A stretch of DNA of 64,000 bases from a virus (IMGVR_UViG_3300013307_000003:8530-72529), one strand, 5' to 3'. Numbered from the stretch's first letter, positions 19,883 through 30,576 are shown. The notes: generated from the letters alone by a model not told the origin. Program-made: numbers and translations.

Positions 19883-20632
19883 TCAGTCGATTGCGCATCG
19901 GTCACACCCCATATCAAAACTGAACGCCGGTTCGTCGCCTGCGAGTTTGCGCCGTCCTTTGCGGCTCGGCACTTCGTCGGACAATGCAAGTTCAATCAGC
20001 GTTGGGCCATCCTGCATCCACCGCAGGCCGTTCGCTGTTTCGAGCGCGGCGGCTTCCGCGAACTTCTCTGGCATGTGGTAAGCCAGCGCAATCCAATCAT
20101 TCTTTCGATAGTTTTTGCAGGGAGTGCAATTGGCGTGCTGCATGAACTTGTAGACACGGGGCGGCTTTATGCCGTGCTTTGCGAAGTACCCGAAACACTG
20201 CGGCTTGCTGACGCCCCACTCAATCAGCGGAAACCAGACGCTGTGCCGTTCCAAGTCCCAGTTCGCAACCGTGCGATCTGCTCGCCTTTGTTCATCCACG
20301 TCGTAGCCGTAGGCGACACGCAGCGGCTCTGTGTGGGCGTTCAGGTAGGCTCGGCTCGGAATGATCTTGAGGTCCCGGCTGCACGGCGACAACTGGCGAG
20401 CAGGGATCATGTGCTTGTCCGCGAAATACTGAAACAGGTCGCGCCCGTCGCTCGCTTCCACGACGTTCAGCCCCCACCGATCCGCGACTTCCCGCCCGAA
20501 CCGATACGTGTCTTCGTCTTCGCGCTGCGTGTCGCTGAAAAGGCAGATTGGAGCGCGGCACTCGTCTTGTAGGCGGCAAGCGATGTAGGCCGAACAAATC
20601 CCCATGCTGTAGAACACGAGGTCTTGTGTCAT
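19883..20632 (-). CDS. PAPS-reductase-like PP-loop protein
   Basis: YSMGICS PP-loop, FSDT..ED.DTYRF, CSRDLK, HANCTPC. Confidence 0.75.
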   Translation of the reverse strand: MTQDLVFYSMGICSAYIACRLQDECRAPICLFSDTQREDEDTYRFGREVADRWGLNVVEASDGRDLFQYFADKHMIPARQLSPCSRDLKIIPSRAYLNAHTEPLRVAYGYDVDEQRRADRTVANWDLERHSVWFPLIEWGVSKPQCFGYFAKHGIKPPRVYKFMQHANCTPCKNYRKNDWIALAYHMPEKFAEAAALETANGLRWMQDGPTLIELALSDEVPSRKGRRKLAGDEPAFSFDMGCDRCAID

Positions 20633-21681
20633 CGCCCCATCACCACACCGCCCATCGCCCAACCGAGCGCAACTACAAACCCGACCGCCGCCAGCGCGAA
20701 CACAAGCACTTGACGGCGATAGATGCGCCGCGACTGCCTCCACGCGGCTCTGCGGGCCTCCAGGTGGGCTTCGTGGGCGTCCTGGGTGCTGCCCTGCTCG
20801 ATGAATGAGCCGGTGGTGCCGTATTCCGTTCTGTAGCGTTCCGCGCTGCCGTTCATACCGAAGTCCTTTCGTCGTTCTTCACGCAGCCAGACTCACAAAC
20901 CCACCATGCGCCCTTGCCTTGACACGTTTCGCAGGTTTCAGTGTCTCCAGGATCGTTGTTGATAGGGTCGTCGTCGTAAACGTCAATCACGCCGTCATCG
21001 CAACCGATTTCATGGCAGCGATAGTAGAGCGCGTAGCCGCCGCACTTCGGGCACTCACCGGGGTCGCCTTCGTCGTTCATACTGGTATCGTCTCCAAGAA
21101 CACTTCAATCGTGCTGATCGTGTCTTTCAGGCATTCCTGATACGCGGCACGCAGGCAGTCAAGAAGCGACGTGGGCGCGCCGTCCGGGTCCATGATCTTG
21201 TCGAGATAATGGAACCGGTTCTTATCTTTAGTGATCCAGTCCACTAACTCGTCCTGGGCGTGCAGGCACGCTTCAGCGGTCTTCGTGGCAATGTGGGCGT
21301 CAACAGCGCGGTCTTCGCCGCCAATCGGGAATTCGTCGATGATCTCCATTGCTTCTTGGATCATGTGCTTGTCGTGGGCGTATTGCTCGCACGTCTTGTG
21401 CAAGTCTTTAGCCCATAGCGGTAAGGACTTGCTCCTGTCGAGATACCTCTGAGCGTGTAGCCGAGCATTTCCGTTTGTTTCGCTTATGGTCACGTCGCAC
21501 TCCTCTTCGCCGCCACACCCGCCTCCACAACCCTTCTCCTCACCTCCGGCCGCAACCGCTCGCCCGCCCTCCGCAGATCCGCCACGATCAAGCCGGACGC
21601 GAGCGCGGCGGCGTAGCGTGCTTCGACGGCGCGGCGGTGCTGGCGGCGTTCGGCGGGCGTGGTGGGGCGGGGGGCGGTCAT
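20629..21681 (-). other. run of small hypothetical genes (20629-20856 membrane, 20853-21080 Zn-finger, 21077-21493, 21490-21681)
   Basis: Coupled ORFs. Confidence 0.5.
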
Positions 21682-22490
21682 CAGATACTCCACGATCCGA
21701 GCAGGGGCCGGATTTGCGTTCCCGTCGCGACGCTATCGAGCACGTTGTCAAAGGCGAATTCGATGACCTTGTGGGGCCGTTCGATAATATAGGTGAATGT
21801 CAGCAAACCTTCGCCAGAGATGCGGTAACGGAGCCGTGCGGGAACTTTAATGAGTGGACCGCCAACGAACGGCGATAGTCCGAGAGTGAACTTGGTTGGG
21901 ACTTTGAGATGACCTTTTGTCGCCGTACCGTTGATCTCTTCGGCGAACTCGAACTGAACAGCACCGTTGTCTAAATTGATGCCGGACTTGAACGCGACCG
22001 ACTTCTTGGCCTCCAACTTTGTCGCACTCTCCATGATCGTCGCGCTCTCAGGCTCGGCAATATCGGCGAGGTTGTCCTCAAGAAACTCGGCAAAATCGAC
22101 TTGCTTCATCGGCTGATTGTTCTTGCTCATCCACGTTCGCCACTCAATCGATAGCTCTAAGGTCAGCTTTGCGGTATGGGTGCACCATGACGGTTCGTCT
22201 TCGCCGCCGTGGTAGTCGATGACGGCGGTAAACGAGTTCTCGGTGCGCTTGGCAAAGATGCGGGTGTTCTCCGTCTTGAACTGATCGACATAGGTCTGAA
22301 ACGACGCTTCGTCAGTCAGTGCGACCTTTGCACGAATGCGCGTCGGCGTCAGCAGAAGGTCTTCCAGGCTCTTCGGCGCATAAGCGTCCGGCAGAATTGC
22401 AAACGGTACCGTCATGCCGTCGCTGTGGATGTCGTGAACGGCCGCGCCGTGCTCAAATGCGGCGTCGTACTCGGTTCTCTCTTCGCTCAT
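21681..22490 (-). CDS. DUF2303 (YfdQ-like) prophage protein
   Basis: TAVIDYH..W..H.A.L..S.EW..W..Q.DFAEFLEDN; ARLRYRI. Confidence 0.85.
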   Translation of the reverse strand: MSEERTEYDAAFEHGAAVHDIHSDGMTVPFAILPDAYAPKSLEDLLLTPTRIRAKVALTDEASFQTYVDQFKTENTRIFAKRTENSFTAVIDYHGGEDEPSWCTHTAKLTLELSIEWRTWMSKNNQPMKQVDFAEFLEDNLADIAEPESATIMESATKLEAKKSVAFKSGINLDNGAVQFEFAEEINGTATKGHLKVPTKFTLGLSPFVGGPLIKVPARLRYRISGEGLLTFTYIIERPHKVIEFAFDNVLDSVATGTQIRPLLGSWSI

Positions 22491-22795
22491 CGTGTTTTAT
22501 TGATCTCCAGTAGTTCGCCCATGTTGGCCTGTCGCGGATCAGTGCGGGTAAGGTCGCCGCGTTCCTCGTCGAAGAAAAACTGCGTGCTCTCCTTTGCTCG
22601 CTTCGGCGGCGTGCCGACTATTTCGTCGCGGATCGTCAGCCGGTTTCCGCCCGCAGGCTCGATCGTGATTTTGAAAGTCACTGTGCCCGCTTTGCCGGTA
22701 TCCGATACCTCCGAAGCCACGCGCTGAAGTTGCTCCTCGAATTCGATTGCGGCCACTCCCTCGCGAATGCCCGTCAAGAACCTTGCTAGTTGCAT
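22487..22795 (-). CDS. YfdP-like partner of DUF2303
   Basis: TGKAGTVTFKITI..FF..GDLTRTDPRQ; usual gene pair. Confidence 0.7.
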   Translation of the reverse strand: MQLARFLTGIREGVAAIEFEEQLQRVASEVSDTGKAGTVTFKITIEPAGGNRLTIRDEIVGTPPKRAKESTQFFFDEERGDLTRTDPRQANMGELLEINKTR

Positions 22796-23884
22796 CGTGT
22801 CTCCTTTTGTAAAAGCGCCCTCAGCCTCACGACCTCCGCCTCCAAATCCACGCATCGCGCCTCCGCCACAACCGCCCTCCTCCGCATCCGCTGGTACGGC
22901 GTGTTCGCCTCGTCGTGCGCCTCCAGGAACTCCGCGCGGCGGGTGGCGGCAGGGGAGTAGGCGAGCGTCTCACGAGCGGCGGCGAGGTTGTTCCTCAAGT
23001 GCGCTTCGGCGAGCAGGTTTGTTGCCTGGAGTTCGTGCATGGCTTCTGTGGTCATCGTGTGCCTCGTGCTTTCGCGATAGCGGCCTCTGCGTCGTTGACC
23101 GCGACGCCCGCTGGACACGGATACTCGCTCTTCGCCATCGCTTCGACTGCGTACGGCAGCAGGGATTGCACGGCGGCCAGCAGGTCGTGGAAGCTATTGC
23201 ACGCCCGACAGATGAACACTGCATCCTCGCACTTGATGCGCACGCCGTTGCAGATGTACGTCATACCGCCGTGAACGTGGCCGTAGCGGTCGGCCTCGAC
23301 GACAGGTGAATTGGTGAGATTGGATCGTATCTCTCGCCAATCGCGGTCTTGGTCGTTTATCTCGTCAACAACGCGCCAGGGCAGCGGCGAGTGTTGCAGG
23401 TGCGCGATCCCGATCTCCTCGTACGCCCGTTGGCAGCCGAGATCGACGGCGGCGGTGAGTTCGGGGTCGGTCATTGCGGTTCACCTGTCGCTTTTGCAGG
23501 TGGGCGCGTCTGTGCTTCACGGTCGGCTTCAACTGCCCTGCTGAGTTCCACAATCTTGTGAAGCCTGCTGTTTTCTCGGCACAGTTCGGCGTAGTCCGCC
23601 ATCCTGGTCTTGACTTGCGCGAACATGGCCTGCGCGATCCTGGAGAGTGCGTCAGCCACGACCAACGCGCTCGCCGGATCATCGAACACAAGCCGGATGC
23701 CGGGCGGAATGTCGGCGGTGGTCGCTCCATCATACTCATCTGTGCGCTCGCCTATCGTTCCCGGCGCACCGATCGCAGGCGTGATGATGACTTCTGTCAG
23801 GTCGGCGGACGCGGATACGATTAAGTCGCCGTGACCGAAATGGATCACCGTGTTCTTGTCGGCTTCGCATATGTAAATGGGCAT
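22786..23884 (-). other. hypothetical genes (22786-23055, 23052-23474, 23471-23884)
   Basis: Coupled ORFs. Confidence 0.55.
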
Positions 23885-23940
23885 CGTCTCTCTCCCTCGG
23901 TCTCTATCCATCTGCCGTGTCGGTCGGTCGTTCGTCGGTG

Positions 23941-24177
23941 CCGGGGTTTAGGCGGCGGACGGGATATTCCCCGTGCTCTCCGGGGTGTCAAGCACTTCTA
24001 ATCGGCGGCTTTGACCTTGCCCGTCTTACGGGCGTCACTACGGTTTTCGCTCGTAGGTTTCGCTGCAGCTTCCTGTCGCCCCCGGCCTACTGACTGCAGG
24101 CTTTGAACCGGACGCCGCGCTCTGGTCTGCGCGTCCATCACGAAGCCCCGGCGAGCCAGGGGAGTGAGGCGAACCTG
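23941..24177 (-). ncRNA. putative multi-hairpin intergenic RNA
   Basis: ~235 nt gap with stems CCCTGG/CCGGGG, GGACGC/GCGTCC, CTGCAG/CTGCAG, GCCCGT/ACGGGC, GTGCT/AGCAC. Confidence 0.4.
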
Positions 24178-24396
24178 TTAATCGTCACCGTGTTCGCGCA
24201 TGGACTGCCACTCTGTTGCGACAGCGTCTTCAGCCCATTTCACGCACTCGGCTTTATCACAAACAACAACGTCGTCTGGATACGGATTGCCTCGGCTCAT
24301 CGGGCGGTCAATCCTGTTGATGGTTTCACCCAAATGCGCAGAACAGCACTCGCATTTCGAGACATATCTGCCCTGATTTGTCTTGACAGTGTTCAT
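24178..24396 (-). CDS. hypothetical protein
   Basis: 72 aa, GAGAGAG leader. Confidence 0.55.
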   Translation of the reverse strand: MNTVKTNQGRYVSKCECCSAHLGETINRIDRPMSRGNPYPDDVVVCDKAECVKWAEDAVATEWQSMREHGDD

Positions 24397-24448
24397 GTCG
24401 CAGTCTCTCTCTTGTGACGGCCGGGTTTAGGCGGCGGTGACGCGGATG

Positions 24449-24727
24449 CTACTCACCAGTCGCTTGCGCTTTAAGTTGGTCGTACAGCGCCGCGCAGGAG
24501 TCGTGGGTCACGATATGGCTTGCACGCGGCCCGACATGGCAAGCAAAGTTGAAATACCACCTCGCAGCGATACACGCGCATAGGTAATCTTCGAGGTCGC
24601 GCCGCGTCCACTTTGTCAGCGCAAGCAACCGCGAAGTGGTTTCCTTCATGGCGCGTCCAGATTTGGAACGTTTGTCTGAAGGTTTGATTTGTAAACTGGT
24701 GGATGTCTCGGTCGTCGTTGCGCTCAT
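24449..24727 (-). CDS. hypothetical protein
   Basis: 92 aa, GAGGAGAG RBS. Confidence 0.55.
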   Translation of the reverse strand: MSATTTETSTSLQIKPSDKRSKSGRAMKETTSRLLALTKWTRRDLEDYLCACIAARWYFNFACHVGPRASHIVTHDSCAALYDQLKAQATGE

Positions 24728-24772
24728 CGTCTCTCTCCTCTTTTGGTCAGGCGGCGGGGATGCGGATGCCGT

Positions 24773-25210
24773 CTACTCGCCGCCGCATCGAACTAGGTGG
24801 TCTAGCGGGTATCGCGCGTTCATCCAATCGCGGTGCATCTCTTCATTCTTGCGCTCTCGCTCTCGCCTAGGACCGTTAACGGTTTGCCCTGGTTTTAACT
24901 GAAGCCGCGAGATCCACAGGCCGCGCGGTCCGGTGGCACGCCTCACGTTCTCGGAGTTTGTCACAGCTTCCAGATGGAAGGGATTAACGCAACGATGATT
25001 GCGACAAAGGTGGTCAACGACCAGTCCGGGCGCGATCGGCCCGATGAAGTACAGGTAACTGAACCGGTGCGCTCCAACTCCGCGACCGTCAATGCTGATT
25101 GATCCGTATCCTTCGGTCGATAGCGGCGCCGTCCAGTTCCAGCACCCTCCGCTACCCTCTTCCCACCGATCCATAAAGATGTCGATATGTCTGACCGGGA
25201 ACCTTGGCAT
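24773..25210 (-). CDS. HNH endonuclease
   Basis: GCWNW..GYG..AHRFSY..DHLCRNHRCVNPFHLEAVTNSEN. Confidence 0.85.
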   Translation of the reverse strand: MPRFPVRHIDIFMDRWEEGSGGCWNWTAPLSTEGYGSISIDGRGVGAHRFSYLYFIGPIAPGLVVDHLCRNHRCVNPFHLEAVTNSENVRRATGPRGLWISRLQLKPGQTVNGPRRERERKNEEMHRDWMNARYPLDHLVRCGGE

Positions 25211-25239
25211 CTGCTTCCTCGCTATACTTGACTGACTGT

Positions 25240-25268
25240 ATTATATACCTACTTAGATATATTGTCAA
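25240..25268 (-). promoter_or_regulatory. consensus sigma70 promoter of the leftward early arm
   Basis: TTGACA-17-TATAAT; flanked by TATACTTGAC/GTCAAGTATA inverted repeat (25223-32, 25264-73). Confidence 0.8.
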
Positions 25269-25320
25269 GTATAAAATAGAAGAAATATAGCCTAAAACGT
25301 ATAAACCGGAGAAAAAAATT

Positions 25321-25599
25321 TCAAACAGGCTGCGGAGCGATTGGTTCGTCCTCTTCAGGCGGTACCCACCCGCGCAAGATTCGAGGATCGACATCGAAGA
25401 GTGTGGAGATTCGAAACCATGTGTCTGCGCCTAATCCTGTGCCGTTGGTTTCGGCTTTAGAGATGTTGACCTGCTTGACGTTGAGACACTTTGCGAGCTG
25501 TTCCTGCGTCATGCCAGCCTGCTTGCGATACTCACGCAGCTTGTTTGGAAAGCTGCTTAGTAGACGTGCCTTACGGCGTGCAATGGTTTGAGTAGACAT
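25321..25599 (-). CDS. XRE HTH regulator (Cro- or CI-like), probably leaderless
   Basis: LREYRKQAGMTQEQLAKCLNVKQVNISKAE; TTGACA-18-TATAAT ends 7 nt before ATG. Confidence 0.85.
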   Translation of the reverse strand: MSTQTIARRKARLLSSFPNKLREYRKQAGMTQEQLAKCLNVKQVNISKAETNGTGLGADTWFRISTLFDVDPRILRGWVPPEEDEPIAPQPV

Positions 25600-25798
25600 A
25601 TTCGAATTATACAGGAACTCGTATACCCTTGTCAATATAAAATAGCGTACGAACAATATTATTCTCTATGCCTTAAGTTAGAGTTCTCGCTACAGTCACG
25701 TATATTTACTTGCCTAGTAAATATACCCCTTGCGAAATATATACGAATGGGTATATAATATCTCGTATCGTAAATAATTGGGAGAGGGGAAGGAGGTG
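25600..25798. promoter_or_regulatory. immunity control region
   Basis: AT-rich; leftward TTGACA/TATAAT (25606-35), rightward TTGCGA/TATAAT (25730-59), perfect 11-bp inverted repeat GTATATTTACT-N5-AGTAAATATAC (25700-26). Confidence 0.75.
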
Positions 25799-26167
25799 AT
25801 GATATTGACATCATTCTCCGATTGGGTCCGGGCGTCGCGACGCGCGAAGGACTTGACGCTTGTACAGGTTGCGGAGAAGGCGGGCGTAGCACAGCCAGTT
25901 TGGAGTCAATGGGAATCAGGAAAAGCAACGCCACGACGGGAAACGGTTATCAAGATTGCGGACGCGCTCGGTGTGGATCACAAGGAAGCACTGGTTCGGG
26001 CTGGGTACCTGCCGTCCGAAGTTCCCGCTGCCGATAACGACGAAATGCGGGAACTTATGCGGGAGCTTGAGCCGATCATAATGTCGTTGCGCCCGGAACG
26101 GCGTAGGTCTGTGCGTCGCTACCTGATTAATATAGCGCGCAACTTGCCAGACCTTATGGCCGTTTAA
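25799..26167 (+). CDS. XRE HTH repressor (CI-like, no peptidase domain); start may be TTG 25805
   Basis: LTLVQVAEKAGVAQPVWSQWESGKATPRRETVIKIADALG; AGGAGGTG RBS. Confidence 0.85.
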   Translation: MILTSFSDWVRASRRAKDLTLVQVAEKAGVAQPVWSQWESGKATPRRETVIKIADALGVDHKEALVRAGYLPSEVPAADNDEMRELMRELEPIIMSLRPERRRSVRRYLINIARNLPDLMAV

Positions 26168-26480
26168 CTCGCCCATTAACGCCAAACGTTAATTCCTCGT
26201 CCGGTTCGCCATAGCCAGTCAAAGTAAACCGGCTCATCCCTTAAAACAGTTTAACAGCTAATTCCAGCAATCATACCCGACTTTCCCCGCAATTAAGACC
26301 CTCCTTAATCTCCAATCACGTAGACACCTGACATATAATCCGAGTTAATCCGATAGGCGGCAGTAGACACAAAGACGGTAAAGATACCTACAGTATTTCC
26401 ACGCGTTTTTATTAATTTCTTGTTTAGGCACTTTGTTAGATGTAGACGGGTGTATACTTAACTTTAGGAGGACACAGCAG

Positions 26481-27512
26481 ATGGACGAACTAATCGAGGC
26501 GTTCCGCGCCGACAAGTGCAACAAGATGGGTTGGTCGCTGGCGAGCGGTCGCGCCTACGTGTCGCACTTGAACGGGCTGGTGGCGTGGTTGGTTGGCAAG
26601 ATCGGGCGGGTGCCGGAGCCTGCGGATGTCACGGCAGACTTTGTGCGGACGTACGACACGCTGCGGAAGCGCGCGGGAAAGGCGCAGCGGACGCGCGCGG
26701 CGGGTATGGCGGCTATACAGAGTTTCGCGAAGTGGCTGTATGAGCGAAAATTGATCGGGTTGGAGCAGTGTGCGGGGATTGGGCAGATTAAGGTGAAGGT
26801 CACGGAGAAGCCGCGTAAGCGCTGGGCGACGCGCGAGGAAGTGCAGTCGCTGTTCGACGCGTGCCCGCGCCTAATCGACGGGCGCGGCGATAACCAGGTG
26901 TACCGCGCGCAGCTCGCGACGGCAGTCGTGGCGATATTGGCGTACACCGGGCTTCGGCGTGCCGAGGTGTGCGCGCTCCACGTGGCCGACGTGGACATTG
27001 CGGGTACTTTCACGACGATCACGGTTCGGAAGGGGAAGGGCGATAAGAACAGAACTCTCCCGCTGCACCCGAACGCCGTTCGCCACGTTCGGGCGTGGAT
27101 TGAGAGCAGGCCGCACGAGCACGAGCGGCTGTTTGCGGTGCCGGTGTTTTCGCAGGAGGGCGTTCCGGTCGTGCGGCCGATGAGCGAGCAGCGCATGAAG
27201 GGGATACTCGTTTCGCTCTGTCGGATCGCGGGCATCGAGCAGAGCGTTCCGCTTTCAGCGCACGCGTTTCGCCGGTTCGCGGGGACGGCGCTCATGAAGG
27301 TCAAAGGGTGTACGATCAAGCACATTCAGGCGTTCTACGGGCACAGCGACCCGTCTCAAAGTTACGAGTACCTGGGGATCGATCAGCAGGAACTCTACTC
27401 GCTTATCGCGGCGATGGAGGTCGAGGCAGACCCGACGCCTATCGATCCACGCATACAACAATCCATGCCGACCCGCCGTCAGGCATCTTACAGAAGGAGG
27501 ATACCCAGATGA
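26481..27512 (+). CDS. int: tyrosine recombinase/integrase
   Basis: YTGLRRAE (R), KGKGDK (K), AHAFRR (HxxR), YGHS (H), SYEY (Y); AGGAGG RBS. Confidence 0.9.
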   Translation: MDELIEAFRADKCNKMGWSLASGRAYVSHLNGLVAWLVGKIGRVPEPADVTADFVRTYDTLRKRAGKAQRTRAAGMAAIQSFAKWLYERKLIGLEQCAGIGQIKVKVTEKPRKRWATREEVQSLFDACPRLIDGRGDNQVYRAQLATAVVAILAYTGLRRAEVCALHVADVDIAGTFTTITVRKGKGDKNRTLPLHPNAVRHVRAWIESRPHEHERLFAVPVFSQEGVPVVRPMSEQRMKGILVSLCRIAGIEQSVPLSAHAFRRFAGTALMKVKGCTIKHIQAFYGHSDPSQSYEYLGIDQQELYSLIAAMEVEADPTPIDPRIQQSMPTRRQASYRRRIPR

Positions 27513-27635
27513 AAACCCCTAGCAACATCACCACCATCCGCCAATCCCTCGGAACCGGCCAGGTACGCGAGGAGCGGAAGCCCGCGACTGCGGCAGGCAA
27601 GAAGCGGGGTGTGGCCGGGAATCGTGAAGCGGAGG

Positions 27636-28264
27636 CTAGGAGGCAGAGGGAGGAGGCTCAGACACAGGACATTCTGCACGACGATAGCGAGCGTCCTCTT
27701 CGACGCTAACCCGCATCCGTCGGAGCATGTCCGACAGCGCCAGATCGATCCTTCGTTGTTCAGCAAGGTCTGCGGCGGTGTGGCCGGGCTGCAGGTTCAT
27801 CCAATGGGCCTCGTAGCCACAATAATTGCAGTGGGACATGTCGGAGGAATGCCCCGTCCATCCTGTGTTCGGGCAAACGGTGTTGTCGCTCACGATTTTT
27901 CGTCCTCCGCTTCGTGCGTCGCGCCGGGCGGCGTGGTGACTGGAAACTCTTCGTGCCATCGGCAGCCGTAGTCCCAAAACTCCTCATCCCATTCCTCTAA
28001 CTCTTTAACCGTCGATGGGATAGAGTAGTATTGTGATACCAAGTCGGCGAGATTGAATTGCTGTTGGATGGCGCTGTAGATGTCGTCTAAATGGTCGCGG
28101 ATTGGAGCGTTGTGTTCCGCGAACTCGTAGCCCTCTGCACACCATCCTTTACCGACTCTCACACGGAACTGTACGATTGGGTACTGGATCGGGACGATGA
28201 TTGCGGTTTCTTGGCCGTCGCCATAGACTTTCGTGACATTATAAATCTGTGGTTGAATGCTCAC
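27636..28264 (-). other. hypothetical genes (27636-27893, 27890-28264)
   Basis: Coupled ORFs converging on integrase. Confidence 0.5.
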
Positions 28265-28584
28265 GCTCCCTCCCTTTCCATACACTCCCCACGCACTTCG
28301 GGGCTGTGGTTGTGGACGAGCATCTCAGGGGCGATTGCCATAACGCAGTACCCTTCCTCAAGCCCGAACTGTCCGCCGTGCATGATGTAGTTGACGCGCA
28401 CTCTAAGAGTTCGTCCTGTATATCCGAGTTCGTCGGACCATTCACGAAGCATGAGCGTGTCGGCCTCAGCAAAGTTCCGGTCGTTCTTTCGGACTTCAAA
28501 CGTTTTGGTTCCGCGCTGAATGGCTGCGAAATATCTTGGCAGTATCTTCAGCGCGTGAACTCGCGTACAGTCCTGAACTTTCAC
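28261..28584 (-). CDS. ASCH/PUA-like (DUF3850) protein
   Basis: HALKILPRYF.AI..G.KTFEVRKNDRNF...D.L.LREW...YTGR. Confidence 0.85.
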   Translation of the reverse strand: MKVQDCTRVHALKILPRYFAAIQRGTKTFEVRKNDRNFAEADTLMLREWSDELGYTGRTLRVRVNYIMHGGQFGLEEGYCVMAIAPEMLVHNHSPEVRGECMEREGA

Positions 28585-30469
28585 GCTCCTCCTCCCTCCT
28601 CGCCACTCGCCTCCACTGCGCCCGATGACGGCGGCAGGAAGTAGGCGGCTGCGATATTCGACATTCGTTCGAATGTTTCTGAATTACTAAGGTTTCGATT
28701 GAGATATGCCTCAAGTATCTGGCGCAGCGCCTCTTCAGCTCGCTCCAGGCGGGTGCGGAGGGTGGCGAGCTCGTTGAGGGTGTTATCGATCCCGATGTGG
28801 CAGGACTCGATGTAGAGCTTTTGGCCCGCGACTGTGGTTTCCAGGTCCTTCACGCGGGTTTCGGCGGCGAGGCGTTTCCGCTCGTATGTCTCGGCTTTTT
28901 CTATCGCATAGTCTAGATACGAGATTGCGCCTTGGTTGTACTTGTCTGATTGGTATGATGCGAGCAGGTTCCGCATTGCTATAAGCTCGTCGCGCAATCG
29001 CGGTTCTTGCGCCTCGGTCGGCGGCGGTGGCGCTTTCCTGCGCCTTACTGTCGGTATTGCGTTCCACGTTTCAGAGTTAGCACGCGCCTGCTCGGTCTGG
29101 GCGAACTCTTCGAGGCTGATACTTTCGTCAGGCTGTTCCATTGTCGGTCTCTCCTTTGATAACAAGCAGCGCGTCTCGGCAAGCTCTTGCAATGGCTTCG
29201 GTGAGCGTGCATGCGGATGCGTTGATCGGCGTACCTGCCGGATGGTTCCACGAACGAGACAGGCGCACGTGCCACGGAACCGCGCGCGAGTGCAGTTCGC
29301 ATATGGAAGTCACTTCGAAGTCGAGCGTCAGGACGTGCTCCAGAAGCGCCAGCGCGGCGGCCGGGTCGCCTGCGTAGTCGCGCAGCGGTAAATCGTAGTG
29401 CTCGCCGGGCGGAAACCATCGTTCGTGTTTGATTGGCGGCGTTAGCCGATCCATCGGGGACTTCTGCTCGCGCAATGGAACTGGATAGCGAGTTTCTACA
29501 TTTTGGCACGTCCAGCCGCGCAGCGCGGCAATCTGTGCGTTAAGCGCGGCCGTGTCGGTCGGCGGCGCGGGTGTGGTGTCGGTCATTATCCGTAATCCTC
29601 CATCAAATGCAGCGTGTGCAACTCCTGAATAGCCTGCCAGCGCGTTTTGACGAACTCCCGCGCTTCCGGCTCGCTCGCGAACTTCTTCTTGAAGAATATC
29701 CACTTCCAGTCACAGTTCGGGTTGCCGGTGTCCGCCTTGACCGTGACGCCGACGGACCAGAGGTTGCTATCGTCGCTGTAGTGCGGCGCGCGGATCTCAC
29801 CGCACGCTTTGCCGTCGGCCTTGATTGTCGTGGACGGCGCAACCTCTGCGACGGCACGCAGTCCGGTCTCGCGCGGCTGTTTCTTGAATGATAGTTTCAC
29901 GACGGCTGGTATACCCCCGGAAACGTTTCCCATTTGTCGGTCCTCGTGTTGTACCCTGGCGGCGCTTCCCAATCGCGAGCCTGCTGCGCGTACGCTTCGT
30001 CGCGGACTTCCTCCAGTGTGGCTCCGTACCGCAGGTTATCGCGTCCGTACAGCGCGTCGATGAGCGCTAGCAGTTCGTCGAGCGTCATGGCCGCGACTTG
30101 CGCGCGGGCTTCGTTGTAGCCGTGGAATTTCATTGGTTGCGGTTCCTCTCTTGGTGCGCGCCCCTGTTCCTATCCGGTGTATCGATATTCCTTCCCGCAT
30201 CGCTTGCAATCCCATATCGCGATTGTCAAGCAGTCAGTGACGAATTGGTGTGGCTCGTGGGTGTCGGTTCGGTAGCAAGGCGTAAGTCCTAATGGGTCGT
30301 ATTCTCCGATCTGCCCGTCACATTGCGCTTTGACTTCCACGTGCTCGGTTCTGTCAGGCTTGTACGGCAGCAACGCTCCGCAGTTGCAACGTGGCTGTTC
30401 GATGTCCGGTTCTTCGCCGGGAAGTTGTCCGCATCCTGGCGGCAGGCTCCAGCCGAATATGCTTCTCAT
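28581..30469 (-). other. run of hypothetical genes (28581-29141, 29128-29586, 29586-~29933, 29897-30133, 30170-30469)
   Basis: Coupled ORFs with RBSs. Confidence 0.55.
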
Positions 30470-30498
30470 TGCGCGATCTCCTTCGGTTCACTACAATC

Positions 30499-30570
30499 AT
30501 TATAGCACATACCTTGACGTTGCGTCAATATGTCAGGTATAATAATTTAACGCAACGTAAAGGTATAATA
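30499..30570. promoter_or_regulatory. divergent promoters with 20-bp imperfect inverted repeat
   Basis: ATACCTTGACGTTGCGTCAA (30509-28) vs TTAACGCAACGTAAAGGTAT (30547-66); TATAAT boxes on both strands. Confidence 0.65.
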
Positions 30571-30576
30571 GGAGGT

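Noticed and set aside
27509-27709. Short ORF coupled to the integrase end
   Set aside because: Has an RBS but overlaps a convergent ORF; cannot decide which is real
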